From Spizellomyces punctatus DAOM BR117 (Eukaryota): a stretch of 64,000 nt of DNA. A program made the position numbers and the translations under genes. The notes under the pieces are model-generated. The model was not told the DNA's origin and ran no database searches. It was given only the letters and a program-made list of their open reading frames with translations. Shown here in pieces: positions 40,048-53,172 of the stretch. The stretch lies in NCBI GenBank assembly GCA_000182565.2, contig KQ257454.1. The stretch is one strand, 5' to 3'. The stretch's first letter is position 1. Every line of letters begins with the position of its first letter.

Positions 40048-40361
40048 GCATCCCGCCTTTTTGTATTTATAATGTTCTTGGATAAGGAGCCGCGGGGGAG
40101 CTGTACATAGGGGAAACAGGCATTTCCCACTGAAACGAGTTACCCGGTTGGTGTCACTTGAAAGCCTGGGTCGTGGGCCATGCAGGAGGTCTCAATACAC
40201 ACGTTTAGAAGGAATATATACTTGTCGTGATAATGATTAGGGTTATTGGCTTGAGCTCACACCTGGTATATAATACCATAACTGGTGTGGTGGCGATCGC
40301 ATATACCATTCTATCATCTGCACATGAAACAGTTCTAGGAAGTACTTTCTCCTACTCTGCG

Positions 40362-41228
40362 CTATCCAGACGCATGTACTTTTTGTAGCCAACCTTTGAG
40401 ACTATGTCTAAAGTACTGGTTTGCGACTCCACCTATCCCAAACGCCGCAAAAATCCGGCCAATTCTGGCACTGGTCGATTTAGCATATTCTCTTGCAATA
40501 AAGGTACCCCGCTCAGAAGCTTTCGCCGCTGGTCGGTTGTATAGGTCCATTCCTAGAAGATGCATGGGAGTTGATACAAACTGTACTGCACACGGTGTCA
40601 ACAGCTGAGCAGCAATATCCGCCGGCCGCTTGTCTATTCCCCATGATGTTGTCATTTTCTGCGACAAGATGGAGGGCAGATTGAATGATGCGAAGATCGT
40701 CAAACAGTCTCGGCTCGTGTACAATGCAAAGGAAGACCAAGGTACTGGTCTCGCCTTACCGCTACCAAACCATCTAGTGAAACAGACGTCTTTTGCGACA
40801 CACAGGCCGACGTTTGCTATACTGGTGCCGACAAACTTTGGATAGAACCAGTCCCATCCTTCATAATCGCATACGGATTGTATTGTGTTGGCAGTAAGGT
40901 AGGTTCCAGCGTACACTCCAAACATGAAGAGGCAGGCAGGCTGCCGGATAAAATGAAATGGACGAGTGAGGAGATTTCTCGTGCCTGTGGCTAGTCCTGC
41001 GACAAGGGGTTCGGTGCCAGATGCGTTGCGGAAAATGGCACTGTCGATGATAGTTATGATGGGCGCGACAAGGCCTGCTGAAGCAAATGCCGAAGCTGCT
41101 TCGGCGGCGAGGGTATGTGACAGTGGAACGTGTTCATGATGAAGGGTTGCCGACGATGACTGCGAGTCCGTGGAGCGCGACCCTGTTGATATTACGTCGG
41201 AGTCGCTCCCAGGTTTGGCCGTCGACAT
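40362..41228 (-). CDS. Uncharacterised multi-pass membrane protein (possibly mitochondrial), single exon
   Basis: Long ORF with several hydrophobic helices and motifs GVYAGTYLTAN, RDCLTIFASFNLP, STPMHLLGMDLYNRP, FGIGGVAN. Confidence 0.7.
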   Translation of the reverse strand: MSTAKPGSDSDVISTGSRSTDSQSSSATLHHEHVPLSHTLAAEAASAFASAGLVAPIITIIDSAIFRNASGTEPLVAGLATGTRNLLTRPFHFIRQPACLFMFGVYAGTYLTANTIQSVCDYEGWDWFYPKFVGTSIANVGLCVAKDVCFTRWFGSGKARPVPWSSFALYTSRDCLTIFASFNLPSILSQKMTTSWGIDKRPADIAAQLLTPCAVQFVSTPMHLLGMDLYNRPAAKASERGTFIAREYAKSTSARIGRIFAAFGIGGVANQYFRHSLKGWLQKVHASG

Positions 41229-41391
41229 GTCCTTGACTTGGGAGGACAGGCAAGCGCTCAGGGAACGTTTAGGAGAGATCAAACGGAATGGTGGAAAGAA
41301 AACGTGTGCAAGTTAGTCCCACAACTCCGCGTCGCGTCAGCAACTTTGGCGATTTTCGTGGCGTCCTTATCGAGTTGTTGTTCACGACGTA

Positions 41392-42302
41392 ATGTCTGTT
41401 CCTTGCACCGATGGTACACTGCGGCCCGTTCAAGTCGCAAAGCACATGCTTTCGCGCCTTCTATACCCTAACCCCGTCTGCTTCCTCACCACCGTCGCTC
41501 CACAAACTTCGTCGTCCGACGGCAATGACGCGAACGCAGTGTGTGGATGGAGGCGAAATATCATGACGATCTCATGGTTAACACCTTTGGATAACCACGT
41601 ATGATTGCTTAATAATGTGTGCCTTGATTGATATTCCATTGGTCGATGCTGAATGGATACTTCGTGTTCGTCGGCGGGAACGGACTTTTCATCCACATAC
41701 TAGGGACACTTTATATGTTCAATGAAATCCACACGATATTCGCATACCATGTTGCTATCGACCAATGTCTTTGGTAAGCTCACATAAAACGGGCTCGAGT
41801 GCTTGCTAATTGGTCATCGTATGCTGGCGCTTAACTTCTTTGTTAAGTACTAAATGTGCCGGTGAAAGGAATGGAGAGTCTTGTCACTGCCGTAGGAGCT
41901 TGTTCAGGTGCCGTCGTTGGTGATAAATTTGACCACCTGAACATTCAAATCTGTGCTCCTGGCTGGATAAGTGACGGAGAATGGCCTTCCAGTTCCTCGA
42001 AGACCTCACTTGAACAAGCCCCGCCATCGACGCCAAAATCTGCGAAACAAAAAGCTATTCCCACACACCACCCTGTCCTGGCCATCCCATCTTGCGCGGC
42101 ACACTTGATATGTCGTGTTGAGGAGCGGCAAGAACGATATGGACATGATATACTATATTGCGTCATAGATCAAGGATTTGTGAAGCAAGAGTATTGGGAT
42201 GGGCGAAACTTTGCACCGACTTCCGAGAGTGTTCCACCTTTTCTCAGTTTTCTGGGAACAAAGCGATTTGCCTATACTGTGCCTGCAGTCACTGCAACGT
42301 AA
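41392..42302 (+). CDS. Flavin reductase-like (FMN-binding split-barrel) protein, multi-exon
   Basis: RLLYPNPVCFLTT, NIMTISWLTP, FVLNVP, VGACSG..DKF, CAAHLICRV, GH. Confidence 0.7.
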
Positions 42303-42499
42303 TATTGGACTGGCGATGATAGGGAATCATCTGTTTTTGTAGTTACACATGCCCCTCTGAACTCGCCTTACAGATCGCCCGTTTGACACTGCATCTGCCA
42401 TATTTGTAAACATAAATCGGGAAAAGCATGTACATACGTGAAGGAATTCCGATCCTCAACACTCTATTTACAATCACTCTCTGCACATGTATATCTACC

Positions 42500-43967
42500 T
42501 TAAAACTGATCAAGCTTCGTAACTATACCAACACGAACAGCTTGATCAAACGCAGCGAAAACGCATAAACCTTGCTTATCTGGACTCCAGTCGAATGCAG
42601 CAACCGGCTGCTCCGCGACATGTGCATCGTTAATAAGATCAACACTGCCCGCCACTCCCTCTGAAACACCCTTCGCGTCCTTTTTGGAACGCTGCCCTGG
42701 ATAGTTACTGCGGAGGCACATGTTAGACATCGTGTGAACTCTGGGGGAGGCAGCATCGATTACTTACTACTTGTAAAGATTCAGCGACCCATTTCCACCT
42801 GATGTCACAAATATATCCCGATTTTGTGGAAGATGTCGTACCGTCCATATCGTAGTGCTGTGCGGTGCCTTCTCGGTCACGCTGGCGAAGCCCTTTTCCG
42901 GATGCTGTGTTCGCAAATCGAACGCGGTAAAGCTTGATTCCAAGGTGCTAACAACCATCTTGTTCATGGGGATATCCTTGCGATCAAAGTCTATCGAGCA
43001 GACCTGGGTAAATGTGCCATCGTTAGAGTTGTTCAAGGTAGAAGTGTCGGGATACAAGAACTGCACGTACCCCGTTCTTCACGTTGGTTTCCCAAAGCAG
43101 AGACATGGCGCGGAGGTCAAACATCTTCACGTCTCCGTTTTCATACCCCGCGCAAACGACTCGCTCTTCATCATTATAAGAATTGCCTGTTTAATTGACG
43201 CGGTTAGGAAGATCAGATAGGATTCGTACCTAATCAACAGCGTAACCAACCAAATGCCACCGCCCATGTATCATGCACCACTTCGCCTTCCGCTGGCGCA
43301 ATCTTTGCAACAGGCTTGTCCTTTTGACGAACGTCCCAAATCTTTACCGCACCTGCACTAACGAATCCATGGTCAGCCCATCCAACCCTCTTCCGTCGCC
43401 AACATTTCAAATAACAAGACGAACCATCCCTACTCCCGGTGGCAAGTTCCGGTGGTCCTTTTTGTGCACCGGCGCCACCACAGCCGTCTATGCAGTTGAT
43501 GATTTGCTCGTGTGCACGCACAGTGAACACCGGCAGCTCGGTCCGCTCTAAATCCCATACAGAGAGACGTCCCTCAAAATCGCCAGTTGCAAAATGTCGG
43601 TTGTTGATAGATGATGCGCCGAAAGTGCCGCATTTAAAGGCGTGCTGCTTTTCTGTCTGCCAGATGTACGGTAATAGATCAGCCAATCATTTATTCTTTG
43701 CTTCGCATAGTGGCCGAAACAAACTTCTTCAGCTTGGCCCTCAAAGACACAACCAACTTGCTAGTCCTCGTCACATCAAGAACTCACCTCGTGTACCAAG
43801 TTAACATCACCGTGCTCCAGTTCGAACACTTGCAGCGCACCCGTCCCCCGCGCATGCTGCCCCAGCACCACGAAACGCGCCGACAGTGGCACCCATTTTA
43901 CGTCGTACGCTGTATATGTAAGGGACTTTTGAACGTGAGTTATGATTTGGGGTTTGTCGAGCGTCAT
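42500..43967 (-). CDS. WDR92: WD-repeat dynein assembly factor WDR92/DNAAF10, multi-exon
   Basis: [80 protein letters not shown]. Confidence 0.93.
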
Positions 43968-44713
43968 CGTGTGGAGATCTACTGCGGAAAAAGGTCGCTG
44001 TCGTGAGCAACGACTTTCGCGTACTGGATTGCTTAGTCATGTGGCACTTTCCGCTTACGTTACTACAAGGCGACCTGGTGTCAATGTCATTTCTCGTACT
44101 TTCCTCGTCGTCCTTCTCATTTCAGTCAAGCAATATTTTGCGAATCTCGGAAGAGATTTGGAATTCCAAAGGCGCAAAACAGAGGAGCCAAGTCACCGCG
44201 CGCGCAAGTTTCGGCTGAGGCTGTCGTATATAGGAAAAAAGTGTAGCATCTCACATCGGAACGTGTACTTTCTGCCATCATGGCATCTGCCTCGCCTGGA
44301 AGGCAGATGCTACTTTCCATTTTATGTATCTCTGGGACATGTACATCGGACCTTTCATTCATCATTTTGTGCGTAGCAGCACGGCCAACATTTCTTCGAA
44401 ATATTCAAAAAGGTCGTTGTTGACTCTTCCCGACTAAGTATGTCCTGCAAGTGGGATAAAGCATTGGATGGCATTGGATTTGCAACGCTTTGTAAGTTGA
44501 CGAGTGAATCCGAATCGCTCCTGCATAATAGCGTGGCTTGGATGTGATGATTAAGCATCGATATGGCGCGACTTTCCACAGCTGCTGGCCTTGACTCCAT
44601 TTCGCCCACCAGATCTTACACGGTATTAACATTCGCAAGACATTGACAGTTGCCCTCTCAAGCGTCCTGTCTGTGTTTAATCGCAAACTGGACTGCAAAC
44701 CGGCATCGGAGTC

Positions 44714-45625
44714 ATGTCGCCGACAGTCCATCCAGTTGCTGCTCGGGGATTCACCTTGCAGTCAGAGGCATACGAGGCCGCTCGTCCGTCGTATCCCGCT
44801 TCGGCAATATCTTTCATCGTTAACACTGCGCTCCCTTTTCTCTCTAGCCCCGGAGCACAAGTTCTTGACCTAGCTGCGGGAACCGGAAAGCTTACTCGGC
44901 TTCTTGCAGAGCTACCGCTTGGGCGGCTGGAGGCTGTCGAGCCAGCAGAGGGTATGCGGGAACAATTTACAAAAGTCCTGCCTAATGTACCCATTCACGA
45001 TGGAAATTCTCACGCTATTCCCTTCTCGGACGGGACGTTTGATGCCGTTTTCGTCGCTCAGGTACTAATGTTCATCACAACGCCATGTTTGCGAGTTCCT
45101 TGACACTCGACCTCCTAGGCCTTTCATTGGTTTGCTGATATCAAAAGTCTGCAAGAAATTGGAAGAGTTCTCAAGCAAAATGGGGGTTGTGTTCTAATAT
45201 GGAACATGGAGGAACCGGAAGGGTTGCTCGGTAGAATCAAGAAAACTCATGAACAGTACGAAAGCGGAACTCCCCAGTATAGGCTGGGATTGTGGAGGGA
45301 GGTTTTTCACAATGATCGCGAGGAATTTTTGCAGATCTTCGAACCTATACAGGAGAGGGTCTTCACTAATAGCATTACATGCACGGCGGATGGCATTTGG
45401 ACGAGGATACTAAGTAGGAGTTATGTAGCTTGTTTGGACAAGGACACGCAACAACAGCTAGAACAGGAAGTTCGTCATATGTTGCAAAGTCCGGAAATAG
45501 GTTGGAGAGAGCGGGAAGCTGTAGATGGGACCAAAGAGATGGTTGTAGATATTCCTTTGAGAACGACAGTAGTGTGGTTTGTCAAGCGTAGTAGACAGTA
45601 TGGATCTGTAAATATCAATTGGTGA
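44714..45625 (+). CDS. Class I SAM-dependent methyltransferase, one intron
   Basis: YEAARPSYP, VLDLAAGTGKLT, AVEPAEGM, FDAVFVAQ|AFHWF. Confidence 0.9.
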
Positions 45626-45817
45626 AAGCCAGCGCTGAAATTGGTTACAAAGCCCTCGCGTTTGGTGAGCCCGACGCGTTTGTCGTCCTTCTCTCCAGTT
45701 CCATTTCATTCTGTAGATCTCGAGGATATTCAACACATTAAGTTTTATACAGTTCCTGGTTCCTATCAGAACTGCACCGAGTCACCTCCTTCCAATAATA
45801 AGATTAAGCTGCTAGCC

Positions 45818-47035
45818 ATGGTCTGCATCACACTGAAGAAGGGTGAGGAGCCTCAGTTCCTGTTTGAGGCCCCAGCTGTTACTCCACTGTCCGATCTTGT
45901 GCCGCAACTTGCAAAGCTGTACAACTATCGTCTGCGCTTGAAAAGATTGATTGATGGTATGAGCGGCATTGTGTGCGTCTGCACTGTGATTTCAAGGATA
46001 ATGATAGTAGCATCCCGTCAGCCACGGAGGACCTCGTTGAGTATGGTCTTATGAAACCAGAAAATGAACAGGGATACGATGAGGAGCAGTTAGAGCAGTT
46101 GGCAAAGAACAAAGAGCCCTCAGCTAAGCAGGAAATTCTAAAAGATGGTGTCAAGATCCTGCTCAACCCTGACCCGACTGGCCGACGGACGGGAGAAGGT
46201 AATTCATGAGGAGAACAATGACTTCTTAGAGTTGTCATTATGCCCTTTTGTTTACCAATATCAATCTGTAGCACCCAATGAAGAGATTGCCCAAGTCGTC
46301 CGGAAGACGCTGACGAATGCAAAAGCATGTCTATCACCTGTATGACGGCCGTGTTGTGTCCTCTAACTATCTCCCCAGGGGCATTCTAGCTCATTTAACG
46401 TCTGCCTAGGATCTTATAAAGTCCAACAAGTGTCTAACGGAGGAAATTCTAGACGAGGCTCTTCAAAATATTCGCGGTGCGATAACAATTGCGTGGCCTA
46501 TGGGACTACCGGAATGGGAACCGGTGAAGGACATCTTGGACGATAAAGAAGACTTGACTGGCACACAGGTGTGTTTTCCTTGCTTCACGTCCGAAGAAAA
46601 AGCCAATCAAAGGTAATCGTCGCATGAACATTGCAGGCCTCAAAAGAAGTCATAGATCCAGCGTCCGCGTCGATATGGTGGGCTGCCAAAGAACTTCAGC
46701 GGGACAAAAAACTCTTGGATTACGTGGGACGAAACGATAAAACAAAGATTATTGCTAAAATCCAAAAGGTTCATATTGTCATAAAGGGTCCCTGACGAAT
46801 TTATTCCAACTTCTCCATCTCGTTGCAGAAAGGACAAGGTCCACCACTTCGTGAAGCACCCATGACCGAAGAAGCACAAAAACAAATGATGGCATATTAT
46901 TACCGAAAGCAGGAAGAGAATAAAAAATTGATGGAAAATGATGAGGACGACTATCTGCATTCGCCGTGGGCGAATCCAAAGCATTTGAAGTCCACGTTCA
47001 ACGGCGTGGGAAATGTGTCATGGAAGCCACGATAA
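45818..47035 (+). CDS. CFAP298: Cilia- and flagella-associated protein 298 (C21orf59), multi-exon
   Basis: MVCITLKKGEEPQFLFE, DPTGRRTG.AP, IRGAITIAWPMGLP, WWAAKEL, GRNDKTKIIAKIQK.GQGPP.RE, QKQMMAYYYRKQEE. Confidence 0.93.
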
Positions 47036-47380
47036 ATGCTTGTAACAATTTGCTTGTCCCGGTGTGGAAACTGTCAGAGATTTAAGTATGCAGATTTGGA
47101 GCCGGCAACTGTACCATTGTATCATCTCAACTGCTTAAGATAATGATATAAAGGTCAAGCGAGTAACCAAAATGCTATGATTATATCTACACAATGAAGC
47201 TAGTAAAGCTGGAAATAACACTATCTAAAAGAGACCCAAATCCACTCAGAAAGCAATAGTCCTAACGCATATAGATCGAAACAGCAACAAAATAAAAATA
47301 ATAGTAGGAATAACCGAGGTCCATGTCAAATGCAACGAAACCACTCCATGTCAATATACGCCACGTCGCTCTTGCCGACA

Positions 47381-48061
47381 TTACGCTTCTTCGGCAACTA
47401 CGGCTGCGCCATTTACACACAAATCTTCAAAGAAGCGAACTTTTGGCTTGATACTCGGGCAAAGTATCAGTGCAGTATAGGGATCTGTACGCAGGACTTT
47501 CATAGATTCCAAAGACTGGACACTTGGACGTTCCTCAAGCCCTCTCCGTAGTGTCGTGAATAGGATACATTTCCGCAGGACTTCGCGTGCCGTCCAGTGA
47601 GCAACACGTATGGGATTATTAATGTACCCAACATCGTCCTGGCGGAATGGCATAGTGCGAAGGATATTCCATTCAACCAGGTCTTTGCGGGTAGGACGTT
47701 GGGGGTAAACGAAGAGACGGCTGGATACACGGTGGCGGTTACGAAGGACGATGTATCTGCGCCAGAGGATTTTGTCAGAAGCTTGGCGGCGCAGCAAGTG
47801 ATTGACCCGGCATAAGGTCCGGAGGTCGGTATCCTCTACAAACTTGATAAAGAGTCGTTTCAGCCCTGGCAGCCCTGGCGCAACTTGTCCATGTATTTCT
47901 TTACTTACAGTCATTATGTATGCCCAGAGCTCTTCGGGAATGTTCATTGCAGTAACCTCAGTCAACTCATTTTCGCTTTCTTTCTTTTCGCCAAGCTCTT
48001 CCATAGAAGCCGAGCGATAGCGCTTGAGGGCCTGAGTAGTCTCTTCGCCACCGCTCGCCAT
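47381..48061 (-). CDS. F-box protein with two RPEL-like repeats; in-frame 66-bp intron at 47843-47908
   Basis: After splicing the F-box reads IPEELWAYIMTFVEDTDLRTLCRVNHLLRRQASDKILWR, followed by QRPTRKDLVEWNIL and LEERPSVQSLESMKVL. Confidence 0.7.
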   Translation of the reverse strand: MASGGEETTQALKRYRSASMEELGEKKESENELTEVTAMNIPEELWAYIMTVSKEIHGQVAPGLPGLKRLFIKFVEDTDLRTLCRVNHLLRRQASDKILWRRYIVLRNRHRVSSRLFVYPQRPTRKDLVEWNILRTMPFRQDDVGYINNPIRVAHWTAREVLRKCILFTTLRRGLEERPSVQSLESMKVLRTDPYTALILCPSIKPKVRFFEDLCVNGAAVVAEEA

Positions 48062-48510
48062 GCTCGCCGTGCTCTGTAGGAACTCTAGAGACCTCTTACT
48101 ACCAAGAAAGAAAGGGAAAGGGACAAGTAAAAATAGGCAGTTGAGAGAATGTAACTACAGCAAATTAACTACAGCAAAAAGAGTTAGAGTAATGGTGGCT
48201 GTTAGTGGATGGAGTATTCTACAGTGCCAAGCAATTGCGGAGGAAAAACAAATCCGACATGGAAGAGGAAAACCCAGAAGCAGGTCAGCAGTTTGTGTTT
48301 CGAGGCGCCAAGTGATTCCGTAACGGTGCGTCAGCGCGTTTGACGCGCTCCTTTTGATTACGAAATCGAGATCGATGGGTGATGGCTCAGTGACTTGTTT
48401 TCGGGTAAAAAGTCAGCACGACTGGACCGCCTTCGTTTACGCACAGCGCCGAAATCAAAACGAACAGCGTTTTTTCGCCAATTGTAGAGACTTGACCAAA
48501 ATCAATCAGC

Positions 48511-50503
48511 ATGGCGAGCACGTTGGGCACGTATGCCGCACCTCTTGTCAACGATGCAGCCCGGGATCTGGCTGACTCTATCATCATCGCTGTGAATACT
48601 ACATTTACCGTTGCCTCTCGAGTCTACAGCTCTATTCCCGGCAGTAGAATCTTTGCGAAATATGTGAAGGCTTCCTACCAAAATGACCCCTATCGTACGC
48701 TACTGGAGATTTGCCTAGTGATTTTCATGATATGGTACTTTGGCGGGAAAAAACACAAGCCTGGAGATGACGAGCTGCAACTAACTGAGAAGGTGCGGCA
48801 CTCTGTTAACAAAACGAATTGAGAAAATGTGGACTGATAAAGATAGCAGGAGATTCAAGAGCTGATCGACGAATGGGAGCCTGAACCACTTGTTCCACCC
48901 CTTACGGAAGCCCAGCGTACCGAGCTGGACAAGATCCCGGTTATTTCTGGGTCGGTAGAACACATTCATGATATAAGACGTTGTCTCGTCTCTTCTGTAT
49001 CTGACTTTTGTACACCAAAGGTCATCGGGATCAAAGCTGAAGCTCGTTGACGGGAGAGAACGCATCAATTTGGCCAGCTTTAATTTCTTAGGTGCCTTGA
49101 ATAATGAATCAACCAAGGTAAGTTTAATATTGAAAAGAACACGGGTATTTATTTCTCAATGGCTTCCATCACAGGACAAAGCCATTGAGGCCTTGCGCAA
49201 ATATGGAGTCGGCAGTTGCGGACCATGTGGTTTCTACGGCACCATTGATGTTCATATTGAGCTTGAGCAAGAGATTGCAAAGTTTATTGGAGCCGATGCT
49301 GCCATCGTTTACTCGCAAGGGTTCTCCACGATTGCCAGCGTCATCCCAGCCTTTGCAAAGCGTGGGGATATTATTGTCGCGTATGTAGAAACATCACATA
49401 TGACATTGGAGGAAATGTTTACTTACCGGACGTCTTACCAGTGATGCGGGCGTGAGTTTTGCTGTGCAAAAGGGTCTCCAGATTTCCCGAAGCACCGTCA
49501 AGTACTTCAAACACAATGACATGGAGGATCTTGAAAAAGTCTTGGAGGGTATTCAACGGGACCAAATCGAAGTATGAAAATCGCTATTGAACTATGGTTG
49601 ACATGAAAAACAGCTGATGGTGGTGTAACGGCCAACTATAGAAAAAGAAACCTCTTACTCGGCGCTTCATTGTTGCAGAAGGGCTCTATGCGAACCACGG
49701 CGATATCTGTCCTTTACCCAAATTGGTAAGATTACCGTGGCGGGGAGCTACACATTGGAATTGTCTCTAACCCAATGTATTTGCAGCTGGAGTTGAAGAA
49801 CAAATACAAGTACCGCCTAATCTTGGAAGAAAGCTTCTCTCTTGGTGTTTTAGGAACTCGTGGTGCGGGTGTTTGTGATCACTTTGGAGTATCGGTAGGT
49901 TGACGACGTGAGGACCACTTCTACTAGAATACTCCGTTGACGTTTGGCTTTCAGGGTAAAGAAGTAGACATTATTGCTGCCACTTTCTCCAACGCTTTAA
50001 GTTCGTCTGGTGGATTCTGTTGCGGAAGTAAGGAGATCGTTGAGCACCAACGACTTGGAGGGCAAGCGTATGTCTTCTCTGCGTCTCTTCCAGCCATGTT
50101 GGCGGTTGCCGCCGTCGAAGGAATCAAATATGCTGAGAGCCACCCAGAAGCGCTTGCTCGTCTCCGTGAAAATGCTGTTGTTATGCGCAGCACTCTTCTC
50201 AAGAATGTCCAGCAGGTGCAATGTGGTGGGGTGGAAGATTCGCCCGTTGTGCACCTCCGGTTGCGGGACCATCGCTTCCGTAATAGGGAGGATGAAGAAC
50301 AAGCTTTGCAGGAGGTTGTTGATGAAGCGTTGCGCAACGGCGTGCTAATAACGCGGGCAAAATACGTGAACGATCAGGAACTCTTCCTACCTCCCCCCAG
50401 CATTCGAATTGCCGTGACTGCTGGTCATAGTCGTAAAGAGGTGGAAAAGGCTGCAGCCATCATTGCGACTGCAGTCAAGAAGGTGTTGAAAGGCAGAAAG
50501 TAA
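48511..50503 (+). CDS. LCB1: Serine palmitoyltransferase subunit 1, multi-exon
   Basis: [63 protein letters not shown]. Confidence 0.95.
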
Positions 50504-50716
50504 TACCTACGACCATTTATGTAATTTTATTTGAAATAGATTGCTTGTATGAAGCATATGCTGAGAAAGCTATACACCGTCGCGAAAAGTCAGAAATAGA
50601 ATATTATTTGAAATGGATTGTTGTGTGAAGCACATGTCGAGTCACTATACACACACTGGTCTCGAAGGGCATCAATTGCATACAAAGGTTGCACCTCGTC
50701 CGAGTCCAGGTACACC

Positions 50717-52018
50717 CTACCAGCGTCCGCCTCTATATCTGCCGCGCACCTTGAAATACCAATAAGCCAATCCGGCCGCGGCCCCTCCAATATGCGCCGC
50801 ACTATCAGTACGTCCTGACGATCCTGTGTAGCTTCGATATATATCATACGCCACAAACCCACCAATTGCTACCGCAGCCGGAATCGGAATGACCATAAAC
50901 AGATAAACCGGTACCGTGGGGTATGTTGCAGCAAACAATATCGTACAACCCGTGATAGCACCGCTAGCACCGTGAGTTGCAGTGAACTGCCTCTTTGGTA
51001 CTCCCCACGCATTTCGACGAGTGGACATGGTACTGTGGAGGAGCGATGCCACCGATGAAGCCAATCCCGCGGCAACATACAAAAAGATAAATTGGCGGGG
51101 TCCAATGATATCAATCACCTAACGTAGACAGATACGGTAAATGGCGTGCAACCAGTTCGTAGACATGCTTGTGTTAAACGACTTACGGGAGGACCAAAAG
51201 AGTACAAGACAAACATGTTGACAAACATGTCTACCACCGAAAATTACGCATAAATAAACCCTGTGCATGTAAGCTTTCACAAGGAGGATACTTACGCCAA
51301 AGCTCATTATGACTGAAGTTCGCCGTCAACATCGTCCACCATCGTTTATGAACAAATACATTCTCGTAACCAACCAAAAAGTTGTTGCTCAGGAACTGAT
51401 AGAGTCGCTGGTCACCATACGCTTTGGCATTCCCGACTGCATACTGCCATAGGAGGAATACTGTGGAGCAAGTTATGACCATGATATAAGAGGAATTTGG
51501 CCATTTTCAACGTAAATACCTGCAACATTAATGCCAATCAGGCCGTATATGACATTTTGGCTATTTAAATACTTGTCCGCATTTCTGCCAAAGTTCGACC
51601 AAGAGCCACCAGATCCAGTTGACTTCGCATTGGTTGGTTGATACCAGTTGGTCCGTACCATTCGACGCTGACTCAACCTGAATTGCGATGCAACTGCATT
51701 CCAGACGTTTCTTTGCTGGTTGGGGGCCTTTAAACACGAAAACCAAGGAGAAGGAAAACCGCTATGGATTGAACTTTGTTGAGTAAGCACACGTCGGACC
51801 AGGCCAGGAAGGAAGCAGGAAGCACGGGGCAGTTCAGGTGGGGAGAAGGCTCGTTGAAAGATTACATGTGACAATGGTCGAGATTGCGGTGTGAGCCCTG
51901 GATGGATGGGCAACCGCGCTTGACGAACAAGAGTTGGTGAGAAAGTTGTACATGCAAATATTCGTCCGCCAGCAGCATGGAAGCGGCTCACAGATGGAAA
52001 TGCCCTAATGGTCCACAT
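50717..52018 (-). CDS. Mitochondrial rhomboid serine protease (PARL/Pcp1-like), multi-exon
   Basis: Presequence, WWTMLTANFSH, HGASGA catalytic Ser and AHIGG catalytic His. Confidence 0.88.
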
Positions 52019-52280
52019 TGTTGCGGTGAAGGGCGTGCAAGATGCCTTTCACCTGCCCAACGTTGATGGGCAACCTGCCTTCTCAACCTTTTAACGTAAT
52101 TATCCATAGCACATTCATGTGGCACAGTCATCCAGAAATGGGGGACGCAATGGCAATTCTACAGTGTTACGAAAGGACCGAGATAATATTACATTTGAAG
52201 AAAGGGGTACCATCCCTCCTACACCCAGAAGCCGTACATCCCCACTATGCCAATGAACACAACCCATCTCAAACAGTAGC

Positions 52281-53172
52281 TTATTTCGCCTTGTCGGCCT
52301 TGGTACCTCGGAGAAGACCAGTACGACGGGCAGCAATGAGACCGACCTTTTGACCAGGGGGGGCGTGGCGAGAGACGGTAGATGCGTGACCGATGTGCTG
52401 GTGGTTACCACCACCGTGGGGGTGATCCACGGGGTTCATAGCAACACCACGAGTACGAGGCCATGCGTTGCGCTTGGCCCGGTACTTGAAGTGCGCACGA
52501 CCAGCCTTGAGAAGGGGCTTGTCAACAATACCACCAGCAGCGATGATACCGACAGCAGCACGGCAGCCACTGTCGAGAACCTTCTTGGCTCCAGAGGGGA
52601 GCTTCACACGGGTCTTTCCATCATCGGGGTTGTGACCGATAACGGTAGCGTAGTTACCAGCGCAACGAGCGATCGCTCCACGGTCACCAGCCTTCTCCTC
52701 GAGGTTACAGATAACGGTACCTTCGGGCATGGAACCGAGGGGAAGGACGTTGCCGACAGTAAGGGCGGCTACAGGCAACGCAAAGTTTAACAACGTGACC
52801 TGGCATACCGAACCAATCCCCACACTTCAAGCTCACCCTTCTTTCCACAGTAGATGAACTGGCCCGTAAACATGCCCTCGGTGGCAATGAAGGTCTCCTC
52901 CCTTTGCTTGTAGCGGTAAGGGTCACGGAAGATAACCTTGGCAAGAGGAGCACCACGTCCAGGGTCGTGGATGATCTCCTTTACGAGACCACGAATGTAA
53001 CCATGCCTATGCACAAATGTAAGTGATCAATGTCCTTGACATGGGACGCTAATGCGACGAACCTTTCGGCAAAGTCCTGGGTACGGTGCTTGGCGGCGCC
53101 CTTCCTGTGCTTGGTGTGGGACTTGAAAATACCACCAGCACCCTTACGCTGCGCTCTGATGACACGGCCCAT
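52281..53172 (-). CDS. RPL2: 60S ribosomal protein uL2 (L8/L2), multi-exon
   Basis: [48 protein letters not shown]. Confidence 0.98.

Noticed and set aside
43990-44015. RFX X-box upstream of flagellar genes
   Set aside because: Only half-sites such as AGCAAC were seen; no full X-box before WDR92, CFAP298, RSPH9 or TTLL1.
52350-52790. Long antisense ORFs over uL2 and other conserved genes
   Set aside because: Shadow ORFs produced by codon bias of the sense gene.
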